Positions 55,558 through 64,000 of a DNA stretch of 64,000 bases are shown here, piece by piece. A program made the position numbers and the translations under genes. Position 1 is the first letter of the stretch; every line of letters starts with the position of its first letter. A model generated the notes under the pieces. The model saw only the letters and a list, made by a program, of their open reading frames with translations, did not search any database and was not told the DNA's origin. Source of the DNA: an uncultured Treponema sp. (lineage in GTDB: Bacteria; Spirochaetota; Spirochaetia; Treponematales; Treponemataceae); the NCBI GenBank assembly GCA_946411505.1, contig CAMKEG010000009.1:18016-82015 (forward strand). Reading direction: 5' to 3'.

Positions 55558-57390
55558 ATGGAAAACACAAAACGCACTGTCACTTGCGGAGAATTGTCCG
55601 CTTCCGACGTAGGAAAAACTGTAATATTGAACGGCTGGGTTCACCGCTCGCGTGAGCTTGGCGGACTTACCTTTATTTTGCTGCGCGACCGCTACGGAAT
55701 CACGCAGGTTGTCGTTGGCGACAAATCCAGCGACCAGGTTAAAAAAATCGCCGCTTCGCTAAAGAGCGAGTATTGCGTTGCCGTCAAGGGAACGGTTGCC
55801 GCGCGCTCAGAAAAAGACGTGAACAAGGAAATGGCCACTGGCGCGATCGAGGTCGAAGCCGACGACATAGAAATTTTCACCACAAGCGAAGCGCTCCCCT
55901 TTGCGATTGACGAAGTGCGCCAAAAGGACGGAACGCTTGTCCTTCCCAACGAAGACTTGCGCTTGCGCTACCGCTACTTGGACTTGCGCCGCGAGCCGAT
56001 GAAGCAGAACATAATCTTGCGCTCAAACGTGACATTCGCCACGCGCGAGTATTTGACCAAGCAGGGCTTTTTGGAAATCGAAACGCCAACCTTCATCAAG
56101 TCCACGCCCGAAGGCGCGCGCGACTACTTGGTTCCAAGCCGCGTTCATCCCGGAAAATTTTATTCGCTTCCGCAAAGCCCCCAGCTTTACAAGCAGCTTT
56201 TGATGGTCTCGGGCTTTGACAAGTATTTCCAAATCGCGCGCTGCTACCGCGACGAAGACGCCCGCGGCGACCGCCAGCCTGAGTTCACGCAAATCGATAT
56301 GGAAATGTCTTTCACCAACCGCGAGGAAGTTCTTTCAACGACAGAAGGAATGATGGGCTACATTTTCAAAAAGACATTGAACTACGATCTTCCCGCAAAG
56401 TTTGACCGCATCAGTTGGGACGACGCCTTTAACCTTTACGGAAGCGACAAGCCCGACTTGCGCTTTGACCTTAAGATTCAGGACGCGGCCTTTATGGCGG
56501 GCCTTAGCGACTTTAACGCCTTTAAGGCTGGAGCCGCCAACGCCGGAATGGACATCGAGCGCCACAAGCGAAGCGGACTCAAGGCGCTTGTCGTCAAGAA
56601 TGTTGCCGACAAGTATTCCCGCAAGATGGTGGAAGAGTTGGAAGCCGTCGCAAAGAAGTACAAGGCAAAGGGCTTGGCATGGATGAAAGTCAACGCCGAA
56701 GGAACTTTTGAAGGCGGAGTTTCAAAATTCTTTGCCGGAAAAGAAGGCGAGATTTGCCCGAAGCTGGGCGCGGAAAAGAACGACCTTTTGCTTTTTGTCA
56801 GCGACGAAAAATGGCAGGTGGCCTGCGTCGCGCTTGGAGCGGTGCGAAAGCAGCTTGGAAAAGACCTTAACCTTTACAACCCCGCCGATGAATTTCACTT
56901 TGCTTGGATCATCGACTTTCCTTACTTTGCCTGGAACGAAGAAGAGAACCATTGGGAAACAGAGCACCACATGTTCACGCTTCCGCAAAAAAAATATTGG
57001 GACACATTGGAATCTGATCCCGGCAGCGTGAAGGGCGACCTTTACGACTTGGTTCTTAACGGCTACGAGTTGGCCTCAGGCTCAATGCGTATCAACGACC
57101 CGGCCTTGCAGCAGCGCATCTTTAAGATTGTCGGCTACTCGCAGGAACGCGCCGAAAAGGCCTTTGGCTTTTTGGTCCAAGCCTTTAAGTTTGGCGCTCC
57201 GCCGCACGGTGGAATCGCTCCCGGCCTAGACCGCCTTGTAATGCTCATGCGCCACGAAGAAAGCATCCACGAAGTCATCGCCTTCCCCAAGAACAACTTG
57301 GCGGCGTCACCAATGGACGAGTGTCCGTCTCCTGTAGACGAGCAGCAGCTTAAAGATTTGCATATCGTTGTGACAGAGAAAGAAGAGTAG
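55558..57390 (+). CDS. aspS: Aspartate-tRNA ligase
   Basis: GWVHRSRELGG, LRDRYG, EGARDYLVPSR, QIARCYRDED, QPEFTQID, GAPPHGGIAPGLDR and IAFPK. Confidence 0.98.
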   Translation: MENTKRTVTCGELSASDVGKTVILNGWVHRSRELGGLTFILLRDRYGITQVVVGDKSSDQVKKIAASLKSEYCVAVKGTVAARSEKDVNKEMATGAIEVEADDIEIFTTSEALPFAIDEVRQKDGTLVLPNEDLRLRYRYLDLRREPMKQNIILRSNVTFATREYLTKQGFLEIETPTFIKSTPEGARDYLVPSRVHPGKFYSLPQSPQLYKQLLMVSGFDKYFQIARCYRDEDARGDRQPEFTQIDMEMSFTNREEVLSTTEGMMGYIFKKTLNYDLPAKFDRISWDDAFNLYGSDKPDLRFDLKIQDAAFMAGLSDFNAFKAGAANAGMDIERHKRSGLKALVVKNVADKYSRKMVEELEAVAKKYKAKGLAWMKVNAEGTFEGGVSKFFAGKEGEICPKLGAEKNDLLLFVSDEKWQVACVALGAVRKQLGKDLNLYNPADEFHFAWIIDFPYFAWNEEENHWETEHHMFTLPQKKYWDTLESDPGSVKGDLYDLVLNGYELASGSMRINDPALQQRIFKIVGYSQERAEKAFGFLVQAFKFGAPPHGGIAPGLDRLVMLMRHEESIHEVIAFPKNNLAASPMDECPSPVDEQQLKDLHIVVTEKEE

Positions 57391-57408
57391 GACAAAAAGG
57401 CGGCCGTT

Positions 57409-58083
57409 ATGCAGGACTACAAAAAAGAATTCATCGACTTTATGCTTGAGTGCCAAGTGCTCAAGTTTGGAAGCTTTACATTGAAGAGCGGCAGGCATTC
57501 GCCGTTTTTTATGAACGCCGGCGCTTACGTTACTGGAAGCCAGTTGCGCCGCTTGGGCCAATACTACGCCAAGGCGATTCACGAAAACTTTGGCGACGAC
57601 TTTGACGTTTTGTTCGGTCCGGCCTACAAGGGCATTCCATTAAGCGTCGCCTGCGCGATTGCCTACAGCGAGCTTTACGGCAAGGAAGTCCGCTACTGCT
57701 CCAACCGCAAGGAAGCCAAGGACCACGGCGACGCGGGCATCTTGCTTGGAAGCAATTTGCGCGACGGCGACCGCGTTGTGATAATAGAAGACGTAACGAC
57801 AAGCGGCGCTTCGATTGAGGAAACGTTCCCCATAATAAAGGCGCAAGGCGACATTAAAATCGTCGGCGAAATCGTTTCGCTTGACCGCATGGAAAAGGCA
57901 AAGGACTCCGACAAGCGCGCGCTTGAAATCATAAGCCAAAAGTACGGCTTTAAGACCGCCGCCATCGTCACGATGGACGAAGTGATCGAGGCCTTGTGGA
58001 AGTCTGACGGAAGCGGAGCCATTTCCGCTGAAATCAAAAAGGAACTGGACGCGTATTATGCCGAATGGGGCGCCGCGCGCTAA
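57409..58083 (+). CDS. pyrE: Orotate phosphoribosyltransferase
   Basis: FTLKSGRHSPFF, GPAYKGIPL, RKEAKDHG and IIEDVTTSG. Confidence 0.96.
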   Translation: MQDYKKEFIDFMLECQVLKFGSFTLKSGRHSPFFMNAGAYVTGSQLRRLGQYYAKAIHENFGDDFDVLFGPAYKGIPLSVACAIAYSELYGKEVRYCSNRKEAKDHGDAGILLGSNLRDGDRVVIIEDVTTSGASIEETFPIIKAQGDIKIVGEIVSLDRMEKAKDSDKRALEIISQKYGFKTAAIVTMDEVIEALWKSDGSGAISAEIKKELDAYYAEWGAAR

Positions 58084-59443
58084 GGCGGAACGCTTGCAAG
58101 GCCAAAAGGCGCGGGGCGGTGACTGCTTGAAAGACAAAAAGGCGGCGGCCCGCCTTGAGCGCTACCAAAAAATTCTTTGCCCCGACTTTCCGCAGTTCCT
58201 AAAAAAATACCTCGACCTAAAAATTTTGGCGCGGCTAAAGGGCATAGGTCTTTTGTGCGGAACGGATTGGACGCCGCTCTTCCATAACCGCTTTTATTAT
58301 TCGCGCTACGACCATTCCCTAAACTGCGCTTTGATTGTGTGGAATTGGACGCGCGACAAAAAAAAGACTTTGGCCGCGCTCTTTCACGATGTTTCCACCC
58401 CGGCCTTTAGCCATGTGATCGACTTTAAAAACGGCGACGCCCTTACGCAGGAATCCACCGAAGACAAAAACGCCGCGATGATTTTGGCCGACAAGGACTT
58501 GGCCGCCGCTCTGGCCCAAGACGGACTGGCCGCCAGCGACGTTTGCGACTACCACAAATTTTCGATTTGCGACAACGAGGTTCCCCAACTAAGCGCCGAC
58601 CGCCTTGAATACATGTTCCCAAGCGGAGAGGCCTTGAAGGGCTGGTTTAGCCTGCGCGCCGTCAAGCGCTTTTACGGCGATCTGTTTGTGGCCAAGGATG
58701 AAAATGGCCGCGACGAGTTTTCCTTTAAGACAAAAAAAATCGCGTTGGACTATTTTAGGCGCATTTTAAAAATCGGATATTTTTTGCAGCGCAACAAGGA
58801 CAAGGTCGCGATGGAACTTATGGCGCGCGTAGTGGACGCGGCCATAAAATGCGGCGCCCTCCGCGAAGATGAATTGTGGCTCTTAAGCGAGCGCGAAATT
58901 ATCGGCCGCTGGGACGCGCTTTTGCGCGAAGCGGAAGGGGAGAAAGAAAATCGCTTGCAAGCCCACAATTCCGTCGCGGCGCAATCAGTCGGCGAGCGCA
59001 AAACGAAAGAAGGCCCGCAATCGGTGGAGGCCGCCGCCTTCTTGGTCAGCGAAAAATCTAGCGCAATGCCAAAAACTAACGGCCAACTAAAAGCGGACGA
59101 GGCTCGCGACTTTTTGCGCCTTTACAAAACTTATCGCACGATGAAAAAAGTCCGCGGCTCCTCGGCGCCGCTAGACGGATATTTTTGCGTCAAACTTGCC
59201 GTAAAGCGCCGCTGGATAAACCCGCTGGTCGCGCAAACGGAAGAAAGCCCCCGGACGAATGAGGCGGCGCCTCTTGGCATTGCAAGCGATTCCGCCGCGC
59301 CTTTTGGTCAGGAAACAGGCTCGGACGCAGGACAAAAAGTCCGCCGCGTTTGCGACGTTTCCCCGCGCGCGGCAAAAGAGCGCGACCGCTTTTTGGCTTA
59401 CAAGGACACGCCTTACGCTTGCGTCAAGCTGGCGCAACTGTAG
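58058..59443 (+). CDS. HD-domain phosphohydrolase with low-complexity insertions
   Basis: SRYDHSL, ALFHDV, FSHVID and SADRLEY. The start is uncertain (a later TTG is possible). Confidence 0.85.
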   Translation: MPNGAPRAKAERLQGQKARGGDCLKDKKAAARLERYQKILCPDFPQFLKKYLDLKILARLKGIGLLCGTDWTPLFHNRFYYSRYDHSLNCALIVWNWTRDKKKTLAALFHDVSTPAFSHVIDFKNGDALTQESTEDKNAAMILADKDLAAALAQDGLAASDVCDYHKFSICDNEVPQLSADRLEYMFPSGEALKGWFSLRAVKRFYGDLFVAKDENGRDEFSFKTKKIALDYFRRILKIGYFLQRNKDKVAMELMARVVDAAIKCGALREDELWLLSEREIIGRWDALLREAEGEKENRLQAHNSVAAQSVGERKTKEGPQSVEAAAFLVSEKSSAMPKTNGQLKADEARDFLRLYKTYRTMKKVRGSSAPLDGYFCVKLAVKRRWINPLVAQTEESPRTNEAAPLGIASDSAAPFGQETGSDAGQKVRRVCDVSPRAAKERDRFLAYKDTPYACVKLAQL

Positions 59444-59507
59444 TGACAATAAAACAAGAATGCGTTATAGTTCAATTAAAATAATCCATGAAAAGAAGGA
59501 AATAAAA

Positions 59508-60485
59508 ATGAAACGAATTAATGGAATGTTTTGTGTTATTGCTGCGGTCGTTTCTTTGATGGCCTGCTCAAAAGCTTCGTCGGACTTTGTCAAGGTGGAG
59601 GGCGCGACAATCGTCGGCAAAGAAAAGGTTGTTGACAGCGTGTTCGCCAGCGGCGACGACAATGACGGCGTGTTCATCAGCGGCCGAACCGTGACGCTTA
59701 GCGACTTTTATATGTGCGACCACGAGGTCACTCAGGACGAATACATGGCCATCATGGGAGCCAACCCCAGCTTCTATGACGGAACTGAGGGCGAAAAGGC
59801 GACTCCAAAAGGAGAAAAGCAAGGCGACCGTCCTGTTGATTGTGTGTCTTGGTTTGACGCGATTTGCTACTGCAACAAGAGGAGCCTTGCCGAAAATTTG
59901 GCTCCCTGTTACAGCGTGGACGGAAAGACCAACCCTGACGACTGGGGATACGTTCCGCACAAAAACAATAAGATAAGCGGAAAAATAACCTGCGACTTGT
60001 CCGTAAATGGCTACCGCTTGCCAACAGAGGCTGAATGGGAATACGCGGCATTTGGCGGAAAGAACGGCCTTGAAACCCCCACGATCTATGCGGGAACCAG
60101 TGACTTCAAGCAACTTAAAAAATACGCTTGGTGTGATTGGGAGGAGGTTGACACTTTGAACATCGAAAATCATAGCGGCAGCAAGAATGTTCCCCACGCT
60201 GTCAAGACAAAAGCCAAGAACGGCCTTGGCCTTTATGACATGAGTGGAAACGTTTTTGAGTGGTGCTGGGATAAGTTCTACACAAGCGTGACAGCTGGAG
60301 ACGGAGGAAAAAACAGCGTGACAAACCCGCTCGGTTCCGAGTTGGGGTGGATGCGCGTCATTCGTGGCGGCGATGCGGAATCTTTTGGTAAAGGCTGCAC
60401 GTGTTTTCATCGATACATGAGCGACCCTGCCAATAACAACCAAGGGATGGGCTTTCGTGTGGTCCGCTCATTCATGAGCGATTAG
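59508..60485 (+). CDS. Formylglycine-generating-enzyme (FGE-sulfatase/CLec) domain lipoprotein
   Basis: Lipobox LMAC, HEVTQ, PV..VSWFDA, GYRLPTEAEWEYAA, NGLGLYDMSGNVFEW and RGG..GFRVVR. Confidence 0.92.
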   Translation: MKRINGMFCVIAAVVSLMACSKASSDFVKVEGATIVGKEKVVDSVFASGDDNDGVFISGRTVTLSDFYMCDHEVTQDEYMAIMGANPSFYDGTEGEKATPKGEKQGDRPVDCVSWFDAICYCNKRSLAENLAPCYSVDGKTNPDDWGYVPHKNNKISGKITCDLSVNGYRLPTEAEWEYAAFGGKNGLETPTIYAGTSDFKQLKKYAWCDWEEVDTLNIENHSGSKNVPHAVKTKAKNGLGLYDMSGNVFEWCWDKFYTSVTAGDGGKNSVTNPLGSELGWMRVIRGGDAESFGKGCTCFHRYMSDPANNNQGMGFRVVRSFMSD

Positions 60486-60533
60486 CGCTTTCGCTCTTGC
60501 CACCCTTTCCCCCTTTGCACTACAATACCCCTT

Positions 60534-61151
60534 ATGCAACTTTACATCATTCGGCATGGGCAGACTGTTTGGAACGCGGCGGGAAAATTGCAGGGCCGCG
60601 CTGACATAGAGTTAAACCAAAACGGAATCGACGCGGCCGTCGCCTTGGGCCGCCGCCTTAAAGACGTTCACTTTGACAAAATATTTTCCTCGCCCTTAAA
60701 GCGCGCCGTCCACACGGCCCAGCTTATACGGCAGGGCGTTTGCGAAGGCCAGGCGCTTCCCTTGGATTCCGTTCCGATAGAGACCGACGGGCGCTTGATA
60801 GAAATGTCCTTTGGAATAGGCGAGGGCCGCTTGTGCGACGAATGGTTCGCTCCGCAAAGCCCCTACAGGTTTTTCTTTACCGAGCCAGAAAAATTTCCAC
60901 GGCCTCCCCAGGGCGAAAGTTTTTTGGACGTCATGGCGCGCACAAAGGGCTTTGTCCAAGACGCGATCGAGCCGCTTTACGGCAAGGCGGAACGGATTAT
61001 GATTGTGGCGCACGGAGCGTTGAACAAGGGAATCATGTGCTATTTGCAAAAGCACGGCGTGGAAGAGTATTGGCTTAACGGCTTGCAGGAAAATTGCCAG
61101 GCCAGCGTCTTTGACTACGACGGCGCGGCTTGGAAAACGATTGTCGCCTAA
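60534..61151 (+). CDS. Histidine phosphatase family protein (PGM-like)
   Basis: RHGQT, SSPLKRA and VAHG. Confidence 0.9.
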   Translation: MQLYIIRHGQTVWNAAGKLQGRADIELNQNGIDAAVALGRRLKDVHFDKIFSSPLKRAVHTAQLIRQGVCEGQALPLDSVPIETDGRLIEMSFGIGEGRLCDEWFAPQSPYRFFFTEPEKFPRPPQGESFLDVMARTKGFVQDAIEPLYGKAERIMIVAHGALNKGIMCYLQKHGVEEYWLNGLQENCQASVFDYDGAAWKTIVA

Positions 61152-61180
61152 GGCCCGTGCGTTTTTGGTTTTGAAAAAAT

Positions 61181-61209
61181 AAAAAAGCCGCTCCAAACGG
61201 GGCGGCTTT
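61181..61209. terminator. Terminator downstream of the YegP-like gene
   Basis: A6-GCCGCTCC-AAAC-GGGGCGGC-TTT. Confidence 0.7.
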
Positions 61210-61213
61210 GTCG

Positions 61214-61966
61214 TTATTTGCTCTTTTTTGCAGTTTTCTTTGCGGCGGGCTTTTTTGCCGTTGTCTTTTTAACAGCCTTTTTTGTGGCGGGCTTCTTTGC
61301 CGCCGCCTTCTTTACGGGCTTCTTTGCCGTCTTTTTTGCGGCGACTTTCTTGGCGGGCTTTTTTACCGCTTTCTTTGTAGTCTTCTTGGCGGCGGCTTTT
61401 TTTGCCGTTGTCTTTTTTACCGGTTTTTTGACGGCTTTTTTTGCCGTCGTTTTTTTGGCAGTAGTTTTCTTGGCGGCCGCCTTCTTTGCAGGCTTCTTTG
61501 CGTCTTTTTTCGCAGTCTTCTTTGCCGCCGTTTTCTTTGCCGGTTTTTTTGCGGCTGGCTTTTTAGCCGCGGGCTTCTTGGCGGCGGCTTTCTTTTCTGG
61601 GGCGGACTTGTCTTCTATCTCAGAGTTCACGTTGGCTTGAACGGAAAGAACGCCGGCCTTGCAAGCCTGCATTGTTGAATAGCCTTCTCCCCAAATCAAG
61701 TTGTTGCCGTTGGAGGCCACCAAGCGGAAGCGGAATTCGTTTTTGCGGTCCTGGTAAACCTGCCACTTGGGATTTGAGAGGCGCGGAGCGTCTTTTATCG
61801 TCAAATCTTCAATCGGAGCGTTGACCAATTTTTTAAGAGCGTCAATCGCCTTTTTGCAGCTGGGCTTTGACTTGTATTGCTGAGCTGTGGCGATAACCTG
61901 TCCATTGGTGGCTTCTACATTAAAATAAAAACCAGTCTTGGATTTTCTGATTACGTATTTTCCCAT
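61214..61966 (-). CDS. Tandem DUF1508 (YegP-like) protein with a histone H1-like Lys/Ala/Pro/Thr tail
   Basis: Two units, FYFNVEATNGQVIA..Y.SK..C..AI and FRFRLVASNGNNL...EGY...AC..G, followed by ~120 aa of KKPAAKK/KKTTAKK repeats. Confidence 0.88.
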   Translation of the reverse strand: MGKYVIRKSKTGFYFNVEATNGQVIATAQQYKSKPSCKKAIDALKKLVNAPIEDLTIKDAPRLSNPKWQVYQDRKNEFRFRLVASNGNNLIWGEGYSTMQACKAGVLSVQANVNSEIEDKSAPEKKAAAKKPAAKKPAAKKPAKKTAAKKTAKKDAKKPAKKAAAKKTTAKKTTAKKAVKKPVKKTTAKKAAAKKTTKKAVKKPAKKVAAKKTAKKPVKKAAAKKPATKKAVKKTTAKKPAAKKTAKKSK

Positions 61967-62108
61967 TAAAAACTCCTTTGTTGCCTTTGGGCTTATTTAT
62001 ACTATTCTAAGCCCATTTTTCAAATATTGCAAACAAATTCTTAAAAAAACTTTAATTGTTGACAAATTTTTTGGGCTCGTGTTATACTTTTTTGCAAAAG
62101 GAAGGGTT

Positions 62109-62768
62109 ATGCGGATGAAAAAAGTTATTGTTTTTTTCACGTTGGTTTTGGCGTCTTCCATTTCATTGAGCGCATGGGAACACAGCGCCGGCCTTGAAAT
62201 TGGATCGCCATATTTTTCAATCAACTCAAGGGGCGACGGCGTAAAGAAAGTGACGCAGCCGCAATTGACGGCGCGTTATTTTGGAAAGGCCTCTAACGGT
62301 TTTTGCGTTTCGGCGACGTTAAGTCCGGGCCTTGCGTTTAGCAAAGATTTTACCCTTCAAGGGGAGAGCGCGACGGCAAAAGGCTTTGGCCTTGAACTGA
62401 CTATGGGAGCGGGCTACGCTTTTGACATTACAGACCGCTTTGCTTTGGCCGCTCTTGGCTCCATGTCGCTTGATTGGACTAGATTCAAGTATAAGAAAAC
62501 TATTTATGCCGGAACTTCTTACGGCGCGGTTACGGCGGAATGGACGCAAAACGACAACGCGCTTTTTGTAGGTCTTGGGGCGGAACTTTTGGCAAGCTTC
62601 AAGCTTACGGACCATATATCAATTGTTGGCTCCTTTGCAATGCGTTTTGTGGACGGCGGAAAATTGTGGAAAAAAGGAAGCGCCATGGGCAAGAATTACG
62701 ATTCTTCCTTTGACTTGCGCGGAAACTTTAGCGTGGCGCCGTCTTTGGGCGCGCGCTGGACATTCTAG
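62109..62768 (+). CDS. Putative 8-stranded outer-membrane beta-barrel protein
   Basis: Signal peptide, amphipathic alternating strands (GAGYAF, GLGAEL) and a terminal aromatic SLGARWTF. Confidence 0.75.
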   Translation: MRMKKVIVFFTLVLASSISLSAWEHSAGLEIGSPYFSINSRGDGVKKVTQPQLTARYFGKASNGFCVSATLSPGLAFSKDFTLQGESATAKGFGLELTMGAGYAFDITDRFALAALGSMSLDWTRFKYKKTIYAGTSYGAVTAEWTQNDNALFVGLGAELLASFKLTDHISIVGSFAMRFVDGGKLWKKGSAMGKNYDSSFDLRGNFSVAPSLGARWTF

Positions 62769-62777
62769 GAGTAAAAA

Positions 62778-64000
62778 ATGAATTTTAAGATTTTAAGAAA
62801 AAATATTTTTGCCTCGCTGGCGCTTTGCTTGGCGTTCGCGCTTTTCTCTTGTACAAACGAAGTCAGCGACAATAATGTCATTGGCTTTGGCTACCAGTTC
62901 CCGGAAGCGACAGGATTTTCCAGAGCCTTTTATTCACAAGTCTATAACGAAAAAGGCGAGAAACAATTTACTGTCGTCACATTCAACTTGCAAGGCTGGG
63001 AAGACATTCCCTTTATAAGGCTTGAAGACGTTGGCAAGTTTATGAATTATATTAACGACAGAGGCTATAATTATTATCTTCCGCCAAGCGGAGAATCCGT
63101 TTATAAGTGCAAGTATTATCAAGATGACGCGGGAACTGTGTATCCTGTTGAATGGAAGGACGACACGCTTTATTTTGACGTGAAGAACCAAACGATTTAC
63201 AGCGATGACTTTACCCGCATGGTCAGCCCCAAGAACACTGTTAATAACGGCATAGGAAACGTATATGCGGCAAAAGTTGACGCCCTGCCAAATGTCTTTC
63301 CAAAAATAGACTTTAACAATAATACAACATACGTCAAGACAAAAGAGCGGACGACAATCGATTTAAAAGCCTACGGCCTAAAGATGTTTGTCTTTGACAC
63401 CTCAAAAATCAAATTTCCAGATTCTAATGGATATGAGAATGATTTGCTTGTTCCCTTTCAAGTGATTGCCGACACCTTCTTAAGAATCGCGGTATGCAGC
63501 TTTAACGGATTTGACTATTATGTGGGCATAGACGCCACAAGCGACCAATTGGCGACGACAAAGGCTTACGATTCAGGCCGCTTTGTCCGTTCCAGCCGCA
63601 GCCAGCTAAAGGCGGAATACAACTATCGAAACCTTTGCCTGCTCTTTGACAAAAATTATTGCCTAAAGGAGCGCAGGACCGAAGTTGGAAAAGACAACAT
63701 AGGCGCTTTTATCAACGACAGCATTTTTAAAGCCGGCTTGGGCTTTGACTTGCTTTCCACCGACACCGCAACTTACGACACGGCCCTTGTAAAATTCTTA
63801 AAGGGCTACATTGACGACGGCCATACCGGCTACCACGAGCCGTCAATGTATCAAAGCTACGCCTCCATCTCGCAGTACCAAAGGTTATCGTCGGAAAGTT
63901 TTAACGGTCCTAGAAACAAAGCGCTTGACGACATCTATAAAGCAAGAAAGGCTGACCGTGACCGAGCGGCCGCCAGCGAAAAGAAAAAGAAGGGCGTCTT
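62778..64000 (+). CDS. Large lipoprotein, probably S41 peptidase family (3'-partial)
   Basis: Not in the ORF track because it runs off the window. My manual reading found the frame open from ATG 62778 (SD AGGAG). Lipobox LFSC, then AEYNY..LCLLFD..Y.LKE and IDDGHT motifs that I associate with S41 N-terminal regions. The catalytic part is not visible. Confidence 0.7.
   Translation, partial: MNFKILRKNIFASLALCLAFALFSCTNEVSDNNVIGFGYQFPEATGFSRAFYSQVYNEKGEKQFTVVTFNLQGWEDIPFIRLEDVGKFMNYINDRGYNYYLPPSGESVYKCKYYQDDAGTVYPVEWKDDTLYFDVKNQTIYSDDFTRMVSPKNTVNNGIGNVYAAKVDALPNVFPKIDFNNNTTYVKTKERTTIDLKAYGLKMFVFDTSKIKFPDSNGYENDLLVPFQVIADTFLRIAVCSFNGFDYYVGIDATSDQLATTKAYDSGRFVRSSRSQLKAEYNYRNLCLLFDKNYCLKERRTEVGKDNIGAFINDSIFKAGLGFDLLSTDTATYDTALVKFLKGYIDDGHTGYHEPSMYQSYASISQYQRLSSESFNGPRNKALDDIYKARKADRDRAAASEKKKKGV

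Noticed and set aside
59508-60485. A complete DGR in this window
   Set aside because: There is no reverse transcriptase, accessory gene or adenine-variant template repeat within the 64 kb.
61208-61678. Phe/Leu/Cys-rich plus-strand ORFs
   Set aside because: These are antisense translations of the Lys/Ala repeat tail of the YegP-like gene.

Overview
A 64 kb chromosomal segment from a spirochaete, most likely a gut or rumen Treponema (inferred from spirochaete-type PheS, many SpII lipoproteins, and the dgc-rhomboid and M23-bactofilin-YaaR-PSP1 clusters). The backbone is roughly 50% GC housekeeping DNA (mraY, uvrD/pcrA, parAB, nth, metK, pheS, dusB, tatD, an RND pump, cstA, aspS, pyrE), interrupted by three visibly AT-richer accessory islets (about 4.1-9.3 kb, 44.9-45.8 kb and 51.3-55.4 kb). 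I found no rRNA, tRNA, CRISPR array, integrase, transposase or reverse transcriptase. The most striking unexplained structure is that two intact COG1373/DUF4143-type AAA+ ATPase-nuclease genes and a third truncated one are each preceded by their own direct-repeat array with an exact 33-bp period, lying over or beside the promoter. Other signals are: a family of REP/MITE-like palindromic repeats showing compensatory base changes, whose core motif also appears in in-frame insertions inside genes; a chain of three interlocked perfect palindromes at an islet border; a putative two-component regulon (GH5 plus a secreted tandem-domain protein) defined by a shared GGGAG-N5-CTCCC box; and many apparently leaderless genes. 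All family assignments come from motif recognition by eye, not from database searches.
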